The notes under the pieces are model-generated. The model was not told the DNA's origin. It worked only from the letters and a program-made list of their open reading frames with translations, and searched no databases. A DNA stretch of 25,305 nt from a virus (lineage: Duplodnaviria; Caudoviricetes), in IMG/VR virus record IMGVR_UViG_3300022909_000104, positions 1 to 25,305 of that record; one strand, given 5' to 3'. Below, piece after piece: positions 14,161-22,943 of this stretch (position 1 is its first letter; every line of letters starts with the position of its first letter). Made by a program: the position numbers and the translations under genes.

Positions 14161-14498
14161 TGACTGAAAAGCAAAAAGAAGCGATCCTAGAGATCCAGGA
14201 TCTTATCCTGGCTATAAATGCTGTGGTGAAGAAGTACGAGATGGAAGACGAGTTTCTTTCTTGCATCGCCATAGGATTCTTAGACATGGAAAGCTCGTAT
14301 GTAGACGAGGACGGTGACGAACGTGCAAACATGAGTCTGTTGTCTTCTTTCTCTGTGTCTGACGATGAAGAACTCGATGACCTACTGTCTTACTGTGTCG
14401 AAGCATATACGGAACAAGTACGTGAAGAGAAGAAATCGGAACAGTCAAGCATAGACTACTGGATCAACTTATCAAAAAGAGATGGGGACGTAAATTAA
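14160..14498 (+). CDS. Hypothetical acidic protein
   Basis: 112 aa, D/E-rich, TAATG coupling. Confidence 0.75.
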   Translation: MTEKQKEAILEIQDLILAINAVVKKYEMEDEFLSCIAIGFLDMESSYVDEDGDERANMSLLSSFSVSDDEELDDLLSYCVEAYTEQVREEKKSEQSSIDYWINLSKRDGDVN

Positions 14499-14524
14499 AT
14501 CCACCTCTTTACAATTAAATTAAA

Positions 14525-14755
14525 ATGATTAGAAAAATTATCATCGGAAGAGACCCGAAGGATGCCATGGCTTATTATGTAGGCATGCGCGCAGGGGCAG
14601 GAAAAGTAAGCGCAATTGTTCAAGACGAGGCGCATTTACACCATCACGGAAAAAAACGGTATCTGATTTATATCGAGAACGAGGAAGGCACAATGCTATG
14701 GAAAGCCATTGACGATATGCCGTGTATACTCGAGTACGATTTAAATTTTGATTGA
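14525..14755 (+). CDS. Hypothetical phage protein upstream of the GroES-like gene
   Basis: 76-aa ORF with an A-rich leader. Confidence 0.8.
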   Translation: MIRKIIIGRDPKDAMAYYVGMRAGAGKVSAIVQDEAHLHHHGKKRYLIYIENEEGTMLWKAIDDMPCILEYDLNFD

Positions 14756-14756
14756 T

Positions 14757-15344
14757 ATGAGACCGTTAAAACATTTCATCGTAAGGATAGACAAGAAGTT
14801 TAAAGACGAGATAAAGTTGTCCGATGAGACAACTCTTAAGCTCATCACAAAGTTCAACGAGTTTGAACACCGATACAATTACGGACAAATAGTCTCTCCC
14901 CCCGTAAGTTACCGTGGCGCAGCTGTCGGCCAGGTACTTTATTTTCACCACCACGTAGTAATGGAGCAAGCCTATGATCTTGGAGAAAACCTATACATGG
15001 TTAATTATGACCCCAACGGAGGATATAGCAATCACGCTATCGCAGTCGAAGATGAAGCTGGTGATATTACTATGCTTGGTGACTGGTGTTTCGTTTTACC
15101 CCCTGATAAGCCGAAAGAGGAAACAACTTCTTCTGGCATTGTTCTTAAGCTCGCAGAAGAACCTAAACTGGAGGGCGAACTACTCACCCTACCCCAAGAT
15201 TCAGAATGGATTGGAACGAAGCCTGGTGATCTGGTGGGCTATACGAAAAATTCAGAATATAAAATGGAACTCATAGACGGTACATCAGTGTACCGAATGA
15301 GAACATCAGAGCTAGTCTATGTCAAGGAAGAAGAACAGCTTTAA
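14757..15344 (+). CDS. GroES-like co-chaperonin with two tandem GroES-type domains
   Basis: MRPLKHFIV...GQIVSPP...VGQVLYF, then LGDWCFVLP...EETTSSGIVL...KPGDLVGY...YRMRTSEL. Confidence 0.75.
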   Translation: MRPLKHFIVRIDKKFKDEIKLSDETTLKLITKFNEFEHRYNYGQIVSPPVSYRGAAVGQVLYFHHHVVMEQAYDLGENLYMVNYDPNGGYSNHAIAVEDEAGDITMLGDWCFVLPPDKPKEETTSSGIVLKLAEEPKLEGELLTLPQDSEWIGTKPGDLVGYTKNSEYKMELIDGTSVYRMRTSELVYVKEEEQL

Positions 15345-15615
15345 TACAGTAGAAGCGTCAACGAGACTGTTGGCATCTATGGAGATCGCAATCAATAACA
15401 TGATTGATGAAATAAGAAAACCTGTGGATGCAGAACTATCTGGTTCTCAACGCAAGGCAGAACTACAGAGTATAAAACAAACAGCTACAGATGCAAAAGA
15501 ACTCCTTATTGAATACCAGCGACTCGAACAAATGGTTAGAGAACTTAAGGAAACAGGAGGAATTGAAGAAGAGCAAGACTACTCAGGAGGATTCGCAGAG
15601 CGATTCTCAAAGTAA
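15319..15615 (+). CDS. Hypothetical helical protein, candidate terminase small subunit
   Basis: 98 aa, coiled-coil-like, immediately upstream of TerL; function is inferred from position only. Confidence 0.55.
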   Translation: MSRKKNSFNTVEASTRLLASMEIAINNMIDEIRKPVDAELSGSQRKAELQSIKQTATDAKELLIEYQRLEQMVRELKETGGIEEEQDYSGGFAERFSK

Positions 15616-15651
15616 GTGGAGATTTCTCTACTGGGAATAAAATAAAATTAA

Positions 15652-17778
15652 ATGGCAGGACTTAAACAAGTGGATGGGTACGATAACTACGTTATCAACA
15701 TATGTCCCAACGATACGGGTGGCGAGGTCATACAGGTCGGTGGGCTTGATATTCAGCTCCCAGAAGCGCCACCAGACAAAGAAATCCTCAACTATGGAAG
15801 TAAGTTGGATATGCAAATGTGGCAAAGACTTCCTGTGCCAGCAGAACTGCAAAGGATTCGCTCTATGGACGAGTGGTACGAAATGCCATCCGACTTCAAA
15901 AAACGTTTTTCTCCATATATCGAGCAGGAGTTTAAGCGCAGGCGTGAAGGTGTTTGGTTCTTTAATAACGGTGAACGCATCTACATTACAGGGCGACACT
16001 ATATGATGCTACAATGGAGTAAGATGGATATCGGATATGCGTCTTACCTGGAGTTTCAAAGAAGGCTATTCATCCACTTTGCCGCATGTGAGTATGACCC
16101 AAGATCTATAGGGCAGATGTACACTAAGTGTAGACGTTCTGGATACACCAATATATCTGCAGCGATACTAGTAGACGAGGGTACTCAGGTGAAAGACAAG
16201 CTGTTGGGTATACAGTCTAAAACAGGTAAGGATGCACAGGAGAACATCTTTATGAAAAAGGTGGTTCCTATGTTTAAGTCTTATCCATTTTTCTTCAAGC
16301 CTATTCAAGACGGTACTACCAATCCACGTATGGAGCTTGCATTTCGTGAGCCGTCAAAGCGTATTACTAAAAAGAACAAGACCTCAAACAAGGGAGAGGC
16401 TCTTAATACTATTATCAACTGGAAGAACACCACGAATAACGCATACGATGGTGAAAAGCTTCACATACTTTATTTAGATGAAAGCGGTAAATGGGAGAAA
16501 CCTACGGACATTAGAGAAGCATGGCGTATCGAGCGTACCTGTCTTATTGTTGGGCGAAAGATCATCGGGAAGTGCCTTATGGGGTCTACTGTCAACCCTA
16601 TGGACAAGGGTGGTAACCAGTATAAGGAGCTTTGGAGAGACTCAGACCCAGACGACAGAAACGCCAACGGAAGAACAAAGACTGGCCTTTATAGACTTTT
16701 TGTACCAGCCTACGAAGCCCTGGAAGGTTTCTTTGACAAGTATGGAAACCCCATCGTGGAAGATCCCGAGAAACCAATTAAAACGATTGATGGGGATTAT
16801 GTCGATATTGGCGCGAAGACGTACTTAAAGAATGAGCGTGATGCACTAAAGAACGATGCCCGTGAGCTAAACGAATTTATACGTCAGTTCCCCTTTACCG
16901 TTGACGAAGCAATGCGCGACAGCATCGAGGGATCTACATTTAATATTGGAAAGATATACGAGCAGGTCCAGTACAATCAAGAGCTTTATCCAAACCCAGT
17001 CGTTAGAGGAAACTTTAGCTGGAAGGATGGTGCAAGTGACACCGAGGTTGTATTCAGCCCAAACCCACAAGGACGCTGGAGAATATCTTGGATGCCTAAG
17101 CAAGAGGATAGGAATAAGTACGTAATCAAGTACAACAAGAAGCACCCCGCGAACGACCACATAGGGGTTGGAGGTGTCGATAGCTATGACCTAGACTCCA
17201 CCACAGATAACAGAGGGTCTAAAGGTGCATGTCACCTGTACAATAAATTTAGCATGGCTGCCCCACCCAATATGTTTGTTGCAGAGTATGCATCAAGACC
17301 TCCTTTGGCCCGTATATTCTACGAGGATGTACTTATGGCCGCTGTATTTTACGGCTATCCACTGTTAATCGAGAACAACAAGTACGGCATCGTAAGGCAC
17401 TTTGAATCAAGGGGTTACGAAGAGTACGTGATGAAGCGTCCAGAGCATTTGAAGACTCCTGGATCAATGAACGTGAAGACCAGGGGGATACCCTCTAACT
17501 CTCAAGACGTTATCCAGGCTCACGCACATGCTATAGAAGCTTACATAGAGGAATACGTAGGGATAAACAATGAAACTGGCGAGATGGGTAACATGTATTT
17601 TGACCGCACGCTGGAAGACTGGATCGGCTATAAAATAGACAACCGTACTAAGTATGACCTTACGATTAGTTCGGGTCTAGCGCTACTAGCAGCGCAGAAA
17701 TACAAAGAAGAAAAGAAGTTGTCTGCCTTTGACGACAAGAAATTCTTCCGCAGATACAACAACGAGATAAGACGCTGA
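15652..17778 (+). CDS. terL: Terminase large subunit
   Basis: 708 aa; KCRRSGYT Walker A-like, ILYLDESGK Walker B, MGST coupling motif, GGVDSYD nuclease motif, LLIENNK; precedes the portal. Confidence 0.9.
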   Translation: MAGLKQVDGYDNYVINICPNDTGGEVIQVGGLDIQLPEAPPDKEILNYGSKLDMQMWQRLPVPAELQRIRSMDEWYEMPSDFKKRFSPYIEQEFKRRREGVWFFNNGERIYITGRHYMMLQWSKMDIGYASYLEFQRRLFIHFAACEYDPRSIGQMYTKCRRSGYTNISAAILVDEGTQVKDKLLGIQSKTGKDAQENIFMKKVVPMFKSYPFFFKPIQDGTTNPRMELAFREPSKRITKKNKTSNKGEALNTIINWKNTTNNAYDGEKLHILYLDESGKWEKPTDIREAWRIERTCLIVGRKIIGKCLMGSTVNPMDKGGNQYKELWRDSDPDDRNANGRTKTGLYRLFVPAYEALEGFFDKYGNPIVEDPEKPIKTIDGDYVDIGAKTYLKNERDALKNDARELNEFIRQFPFTVDEAMRDSIEGSTFNIGKIYEQVQYNQELYPNPVVRGNFSWKDGASDTEVVFSPNPQGRWRISWMPKQEDRNKYVIKYNKKHPANDHIGVGGVDSYDLDSTTDNRGSKGACHLYNKFSMAAPPNMFVAEYASRPPLARIFYEDVLMAAVFYGYPLLIENNKYGIVRHFESRGYEEYVMKRPEHLKTPGSMNVKTRGIPSNSQDVIQAHAHAIEAYIEEYVGINNETGEMGNMYFDRTLEDWIGYKIDNRTKYDLTISSGLALLAAQKYKEEKKLSAFDDKKFFRRYNNEIRR

Positions 17779-17798
17779 TTCGCAGTAGTTTAATTTTG

Positions 17799-17806
17799 TA
17801 TCTTTG
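17799..17806 (+). promoter_or_regulatory. -7 promoter box for the portal gene
   Basis: TATCTTTG 24 nt before ATG 17831. Confidence 0.65.
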
Positions 17807-17830
17807 CGAGGAAGTATTCTGCGAAACGCT

Positions 17831-20272
17831 ATGTACAATAATGATAATGACAGAGGAAAGTACGGTAACTTTCCCGATCCCTTTTCACACTATTCTCAAA
17901 AGACGAATAAGTCTTATGGTCTAAAATACGCCAAGGCTATTGAAAAGCAGTGGGGTCAGTCTGACGATGAACGAAGTTTATTCAGACGTAGACTTAAAGA
18001 CTTTGAAACCAACCGCGACTACGCGAATGGTACACAAGATACTTCTATCTATAAACAGATTCTAAATTCTTTAGATCCGAACAACGGGGACGGTACGTTG
18101 CTAAACCTTGACTGGTCTCCAGTGCCTATCGTCCCTAAGTTTGTAAAGATCGTAGTAAACAATATTCTATCAAGAAAGCCTTATCCAAACCTCAACGCTA
18201 TCGACCCACTATCTCAGTCTGAGAAGGATCGTAAACGTGCTGAGAAGATGTTTGAGGTAAAGAACAAGAAGATGATCGAAGCCCTGAACAACCAGGGCGT
18301 AAAAACGGGAATCGACACCAGTGCAATTCCAGAGACTCCAGAAGAAGCTGAAATCTTCATGGATGCCAGCATTAAAACATCTGCAGAGATAGCAGCACAG
18401 ATCGGAACAAATATTACACTAGAGTGGAATGACTTTGATCAGCGTGTATACAGAAGAGCGGTAAACGACTTGGTAATCTGTGGCATGGGCGTTGTAAAAA
18501 GAAACAACGATCCTAACTATGGAATCACCGAGGAATACATCGATCCAGCATACTTCTTCCATAGCTACACCGAGGACCCTACATTTAGCGACCTCATGTA
18601 TGCAGGACACATCAAGAAGATTAGCATCTCTGAGCTTAAGCGTATTGCTCGTGATGAGCTTACAGAAGAGCAGTATGAGATGATCGCACAGAAGGTAAAG
18701 AACAAGTACCAGAACCGTGCAGATAAGCTATCATACAAGTACTATGACGAAACTTTGGACCGTACAACATACGGGTACGATGAGTTTATCGTAGAGGTAA
18801 TGGATTTTGAGTTCCTTTCTACAGACGACATGATGTTCGAGGAGAAGGAGTCTAGATTCGGTAATAAAAACCTATACTACAAAGGGTTTGACTACAACCC
18901 CCCTCGCGAGTCTGTATACGACAGACAGCCTAAGCACATGAGTATCCAAACTGTATTTGGCGGAAGCTATATCGTTGGAACAGATCATATGTTTGACTAC
19001 GGTCAAAAAAAGAACATCCCTAAAAACGCACACGACTTAACACGTGCTAGACTTTCATACTCTGTGGTTTCTACAAACCTACGCAGAATGATGCCTAAAT
19101 CACTTGTAGGTTCTGTAATTGGTTTTGCGGATCAGCTACAACTGTCTCATTTGAAATTACAGCAAGCTATTGCTAAGGCCAAACCAGACGGTTTGATTGT
19201 AGACATCGAGGGACTTGAAAACGTTCAATTAGGTAAAGGCGGAGAACTACAGCCGCTAGACATTCAGGATATATATGAACAAACAGGTGTATTCTACTAT
19301 CGCTCAAAAAATCCAGAAGGTGGATTCCAGAACCCTCCAGTTAGGAGTCTGGATAATAGCATTAGGAATATCAATGAGCTTATTGCTATCTACAACCATA
19401 ATCTCCGTCTTATACGTGATACGACAGGTATTAACGAAGTAATGGATGGAACATCTCCAAAAGGAGAGCAACTGGTTGGTGTTCGTCAGCAAGCTATGGC
19501 AGCTGGTAACAACGCTATCTATGATATTACTAATGCAGCGATCTACCTATACAGTAGAGTATGTGAGGATATCGTTAAGTGTCTTCAGATCCTTCCTGTT
19601 CAATCTGTTTTATACCAGGCTTACGAGCGAGCTATAGGTAAGTCTAACATGGCTGTGCTTTCTTCTTTCAGCGAGCTGCCTATGTACAATTTCGGTGTGA
19701 AGATTCAGACTGAGATGGACGATACAGAGAAAGCATACCTAGAGCAAAACATTCAAGTAGCACTAGCTCAAAAAGAGATCGACTTAGAAGACGCAATAGC
19801 TGTACGACAGCTTAAAGATGTTGATCAGGCTGAACGCCTATTGATTATCAGACGCAAGAAGCGCATGAGACAGCAGCAGATGATTGCACAGCAGAACTCT
19901 CAGATGCAGGCTCAGATGAACCAGCAAACAGCAATGGCGGCAAGCCAGGGCAAGCTGCAGGAGCTTCAAGCTCAGACTCAAGCTAAACTTGCAGAGATCC
20001 AGGCTGAAACCCAGTCTAAAGCCCAACTCCTACAACTAGAGTACCAATTAAAGGGTCAGCTAGAAGGAGCAAAAGCATCTGTCATTCAGATGGAAAAGGC
20101 CCAGGAAAGAAACTTTAGAAACGGTCTAGAAACCAAAAAAGAAGACCGTAAAGACGAGCGTGTTAAAAAACAAGCTGTTGAACAATCTAAAATGATTTCT
20201 CAGAGACAGGGTAAAAGAGGGGAGTTAGAAGACGGTTCAGACATGATGAGTCAACTATTTGGTAATCAATGA
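17831..20272 (+). CDS. Portal protein
   Basis: ~813 aa after TerL; PVPIVPKFVKIVVN, IRDTTGINEVMDG motifs and a Q-rich C-terminal coiled coil as in podovirus-type portals. Confidence 0.85.
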   Translation: MYNNDNDRGKYGNFPDPFSHYSQKTNKSYGLKYAKAIEKQWGQSDDERSLFRRRLKDFETNRDYANGTQDTSIYKQILNSLDPNNGDGTLLNLDWSPVPIVPKFVKIVVNNILSRKPYPNLNAIDPLSQSEKDRKRAEKMFEVKNKKMIEALNNQGVKTGIDTSAIPETPEEAEIFMDASIKTSAEIAAQIGTNITLEWNDFDQRVYRRAVNDLVICGMGVVKRNNDPNYGITEEYIDPAYFFHSYTEDPTFSDLMYAGHIKKISISELKRIARDELTEEQYEMIAQKVKNKYQNRADKLSYKYYDETLDRTTYGYDEFIVEVMDFEFLSTDDMMFEEKESRFGNKNLYYKGFDYNPPRESVYDRQPKHMSIQTVFGGSYIVGTDHMFDYGQKKNIPKNAHDLTRARLSYSVVSTNLRRMMPKSLVGSVIGFADQLQLSHLKLQQAIAKAKPDGLIVDIEGLENVQLGKGGELQPLDIQDIYEQTGVFYYRSKNPEGGFQNPPVRSLDNSIRNINELIAIYNHNLRLIRDTTGINEVMDGTSPKGEQLVGVRQQAMAAGNNAIYDITNAAIYLYSRVCEDIVKCLQILPVQSVLYQAYERAIGKSNMAVLSSFSELPMYNFGVKIQTEMDDTEKAYLEQNIQVALAQKEIDLEDAIAVRQLKDVDQAERLLIIRRKKRMRQQQMIAQQNSQMQAQMNQQTAMAASQGKLQELQAQTQAKLAEIQAETQSKAQLLQLEYQLKGQLEGAKASVIQMEKAQERNFRNGLETKKEDRKDERVKKQAVEQSKMISQRQGKRGELEDGSDMMSQLFGNQ

Positions 20273-20277
20273 TTTAG

Positions 20278-20285
20278 TAAATTTG
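20278..20285 (+). promoter_or_regulatory. -7 box, probably giving a leaderless transcript
   Basis: TAAATTTG 4 nt before ATG 20290. Confidence 0.7.
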
Positions 20286-20289
20286 CAAT

Positions 20290-20673
20290 ATGGCAACCAG
20301 CATAAACTTAGACATAGCAAACAGGGTAGATATCACCACAAGACGTGGAGATAGTTTTACTCTAGAACTAACATTTAAAGATGAGGACGGAGTTGCCATT
20401 GATCTATCGGATGGTTACGAGTGGATGATGCAAGTACGTGAGTCAGACACATCTGGATCAGCCTTACTTGATGGAGACTCTAATGACGATACCGCTAATG
20501 ACTTTGGTTTTACTGGAGACAACAACGGACTGCTAACTATTACCGCTTCATCAAACACCATGGCTACGATAGAGGGTGGTATTTATGTGTATGACCTACA
20601 GTCCTCTCAAGGTGCTACAGTCATTACTTGGATGTACGGAATCTTTAAAGTGAACGAAGACGTAAGTGAGTAA
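20290..20673 (+). CDS. Virion structural protein, BppU N-terminal-like Ig fold
   Basis: RRGDSFTLELTFKD..G.AIDLS...MQVR...G.YVYDLQ...G.F.V pattern. Confidence 0.7.
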   Translation: MATSINLDIANRVDITTRRGDSFTLELTFKDEDGVAIDLSDGYEWMMQVRESDTSGSALLDGDSNDDTANDFGFTGDNNGLLTITASSNTMATIEGGIYVYDLQSSQGATVITWMYGIFKVNEDVSE

Positions 20674-20992
20674 TATAACCGTAAAAAACCAAGAGAGCAT
20701 TAGTGTAACCATCACACAAAGTGGTTACAACAAAAGCACGGTCATCAAACAACCTGTAGAGAACCAGATTGACATTCGTGGTCTCAAGGGTGGTGGTGAT
20801 AAGAACTACGTTCACGTGCAAGATACTCCCGCTTCGGTGTGGACAGCATCACACAACCTAGGTAAACGCCCATCTGTTGTAGTTGTTGACTCTGCTGAAG
20901 ATGTAGTTTACGGAGACATAAGATATATAGACGATAACACAGTAACCCTAACTTTTGTCGGAGCATTTTCTGGCAGAGCATATTTTAACTAA
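20666..20992 (+). CDS. Small tail/fibre-associated structural protein
   Basis: YVHVQDTPASVWTASHNLGKRPSVVVVD...Y.DDNTVTLTF...SG.AY motif. Confidence 0.7.
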   Translation: MSNITVKNQESISVTITQSGYNKSTVIKQPVENQIDIRGLKGGGDKNYVHVQDTPASVWTASHNLGKRPSVVVVDSAEDVVYGDIRYIDDNTVTLTFVGAFSGRAYFN

Positions 20993-20994
20993 CT

Positions 20995-22119
20995 ATGGCT
21001 ATTAAGTACCTATCTAGTATAAACCTCAGCAAGAACGAGATACAAAATGTAGTCGTTCATAATCTTGCTTCAGCACCTTCTAATCCTAAGGAGGGTCAGA
21101 TCTACTACGACACTACCTCTACCGAGGTGTATGTGTGTATTAATGAAGTTGGTCCTGTATGGCAAAGTATGAAGGGGGATATCACAGCTGTTACTGCTTC
21201 CACTGGTTTATCTGGTGGTGGTACTGACGGAGCTGTATCTCTAGCGTTAAAGAACAACGCTAACTTTACCGACAACACCATCCTAAAGTGGGATAATGGG
21301 AACGGTCAGTTTACAGACTCAAGTATCACGGACGATGGTACTACGGTAACCATTACTGCTGACCTTACTGTAACTGGTACAACGACTACAGTCAACACAG
21401 AGACCATCAACTTAGCGGATAATATTATTCTATTGAATAGTAATCTTGCGGGTGATGCTGCTCCTTCACAGGACGCAGGTATTGAGATTGAGCGTGGTAC
21501 TGAGTCTAACGTACAGTTCATTTGGAATGAAGGCTCGGACTACTGGAGTACGGTAGACCAGAAGTTACATATCGGTAGCATTGATGATATCACTGCTGCG
21601 GACGATAATCAGCTGTTGGTTTCAGACTCAGGTGTCGTTAAGAAGGTTGACGCTTCGGATATCTTAGACTTGATTAACATCGCTACGGAAAGCGGTAGTG
21701 CTAGTCCTTCTGCTGGTGAGTTGACATTCACCGCTGGTGAGGGCATCAATACTTCAGGTAGCGGATCAACAGTAACCATCGCAGCTGAAGAAGCTAGTGA
21801 TACTAATAAAGGGGTTGTAGAGCTTGCTACTGATGCTGAAGCTATTGCAGGGACGGATACTACACGTGCTGTCACTCCTGCGGCTCTTGAGGCTCACTAC
21901 GATAGTAAAGGCTACGCTGCGGACATTACAGCTGCGGCTAGTGTAACGGTAACGCACAGCTTAGGAAGCCAGGATGTAGTTGTACAACTAAGAGAAACAA
22001 GCTCTCCATTTGCATATGTGATGTGTGATGTAGAGGCAACAGATACAAATGCCGTTACTTTGCGCTTTGGTGCTGGTATTGGAACAGATTATAGAGTAAT
22101 CATTCAAAGAGTAGGCTAA
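20995..22119 (+). CDS. Tail fibre-like protein
   Basis: GQIYYDT, LTVTGTTTTVNT...DNIILLN, AGIEIERG, KGVVELATDAEA.AGTDTTRAVTP fibre motifs and a C-terminal THSLG domain. Confidence 0.8.
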   Translation: MAIKYLSSINLSKNEIQNVVVHNLASAPSNPKEGQIYYDTTSTEVYVCINEVGPVWQSMKGDITAVTASTGLSGGGTDGAVSLALKNNANFTDNTILKWDNGNGQFTDSSITDDGTTVTITADLTVTGTTTTVNTETINLADNIILLNSNLAGDAAPSQDAGIEIERGTESNVQFIWNEGSDYWSTVDQKLHIGSIDDITAADDNQLLVSDSGVVKKVDASDILDLINIATESGSASPSAGELTFTAGEGINTSGSGSTVTIAAEEASDTNKGVVELATDAEAIAGTDTTRAVTPAALEAHYDSKGYAADITAAASVTVTHSLGSQDVVVQLRETSSPFAYVMCDVEATDTNAVTLRFGAGIGTDYRVIIQRVG

Positions 22120-22943
22120 TGCCGTATTTAGGTTATTTACTTGCCCAAGCTTTAAAGGCTGGGGAGACTATTGCACAGGCGATAACGAGTGCTGCCAGCT
22201 ATGTAACAAAGGTTGGTGGCTCTGTCGTTGATCTAAGCCCTAGCGTAGAAGCGTTGAAGAGTCCTACAACAGGGAGTGCATCGTTTAATGCTGATGGGGA
22301 TATTATTTCATTTGAAGTTCCAAAGTTTACAATTAAGGCATCTGCTGGTTGGTACTATTTAAAAGATGATGTCACTGGAAACGGAACTGCTCGTGAAGCT
22401 TGGTGTTTCGGAACGCAACAGCCTAATGGATTAAAGTTTGGTGATGCTACAGGTGCAAGAAGTGATGAGGTAATTACTGTATATGCATATCAAGGATTGA
22501 CAAGAAGTATGGTTGCTTCTAATTATCTTGATGGTAGTAAATTAAATGGTGGTCAATGGTATCACATCGCTTTTAGCAATTACGGAAGATCAGATGAGTA
22601 TTATGAAGTTTATGTAAATGGTCAAGTCAAAGCGATGAATTTTGCAAACAGCTCTGGAGTAAACTTGATGGACACATATAACACCGATGGATCTCAAAAC
22701 TACATACATCTTGGAGGTATGTATTACAATGGATATGTAAACACTCTAGCTGGATCTTTGGCTAATGTGTCTTTTTACGATAGATCTCTTTCTCCAGAAG
22801 AAATACGTTCAATAATGATGAAGTCTTACGATGAATTAACCGCAACTGAGACTAAAGGTCTGATGATGTGGTTTGAATATGATGGAGGTGCAACCATCCT
22901 TAGTGATAAGACAGGTAACGCAACAAACGGAACAGTAAGCTAA
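22119..22943 (+). CDS. LamG/concanavalin A-like domain structural protein
   Basis: GQWYHIAF...VYVNG...GSLANVSFYDRSLSPEEI. Confidence 0.8.
   Translation: MPYLGYLLAQALKAGETIAQAITSAASYVTKVGGSVVDLSPSVEALKSPTTGSASFNADGDIISFEVPKFTIKASAGWYYLKDDVTGNGTAREAWCFGTQQPNGLKFGDATGARSDEVITVYAYQGLTRSMVASNYLDGSKLNGGQWYHIAFSNYGRSDEYYEVYVNGQVKAMNFANSSGVNLMDTYNTDGSQNYIHLGGMYYNGYVNTLAGSLANVSFYDRSLSPEEIRSIMMKSYDELTATETKGLMMWFEYDGGATILSDKTGNATNGTVS

Noticed and set aside
15652-20272. Intron or intein in terminase or portal
   Set aside because: Both frames are uninterrupted and I see no intein splice motifs or homing-endonuclease insert.
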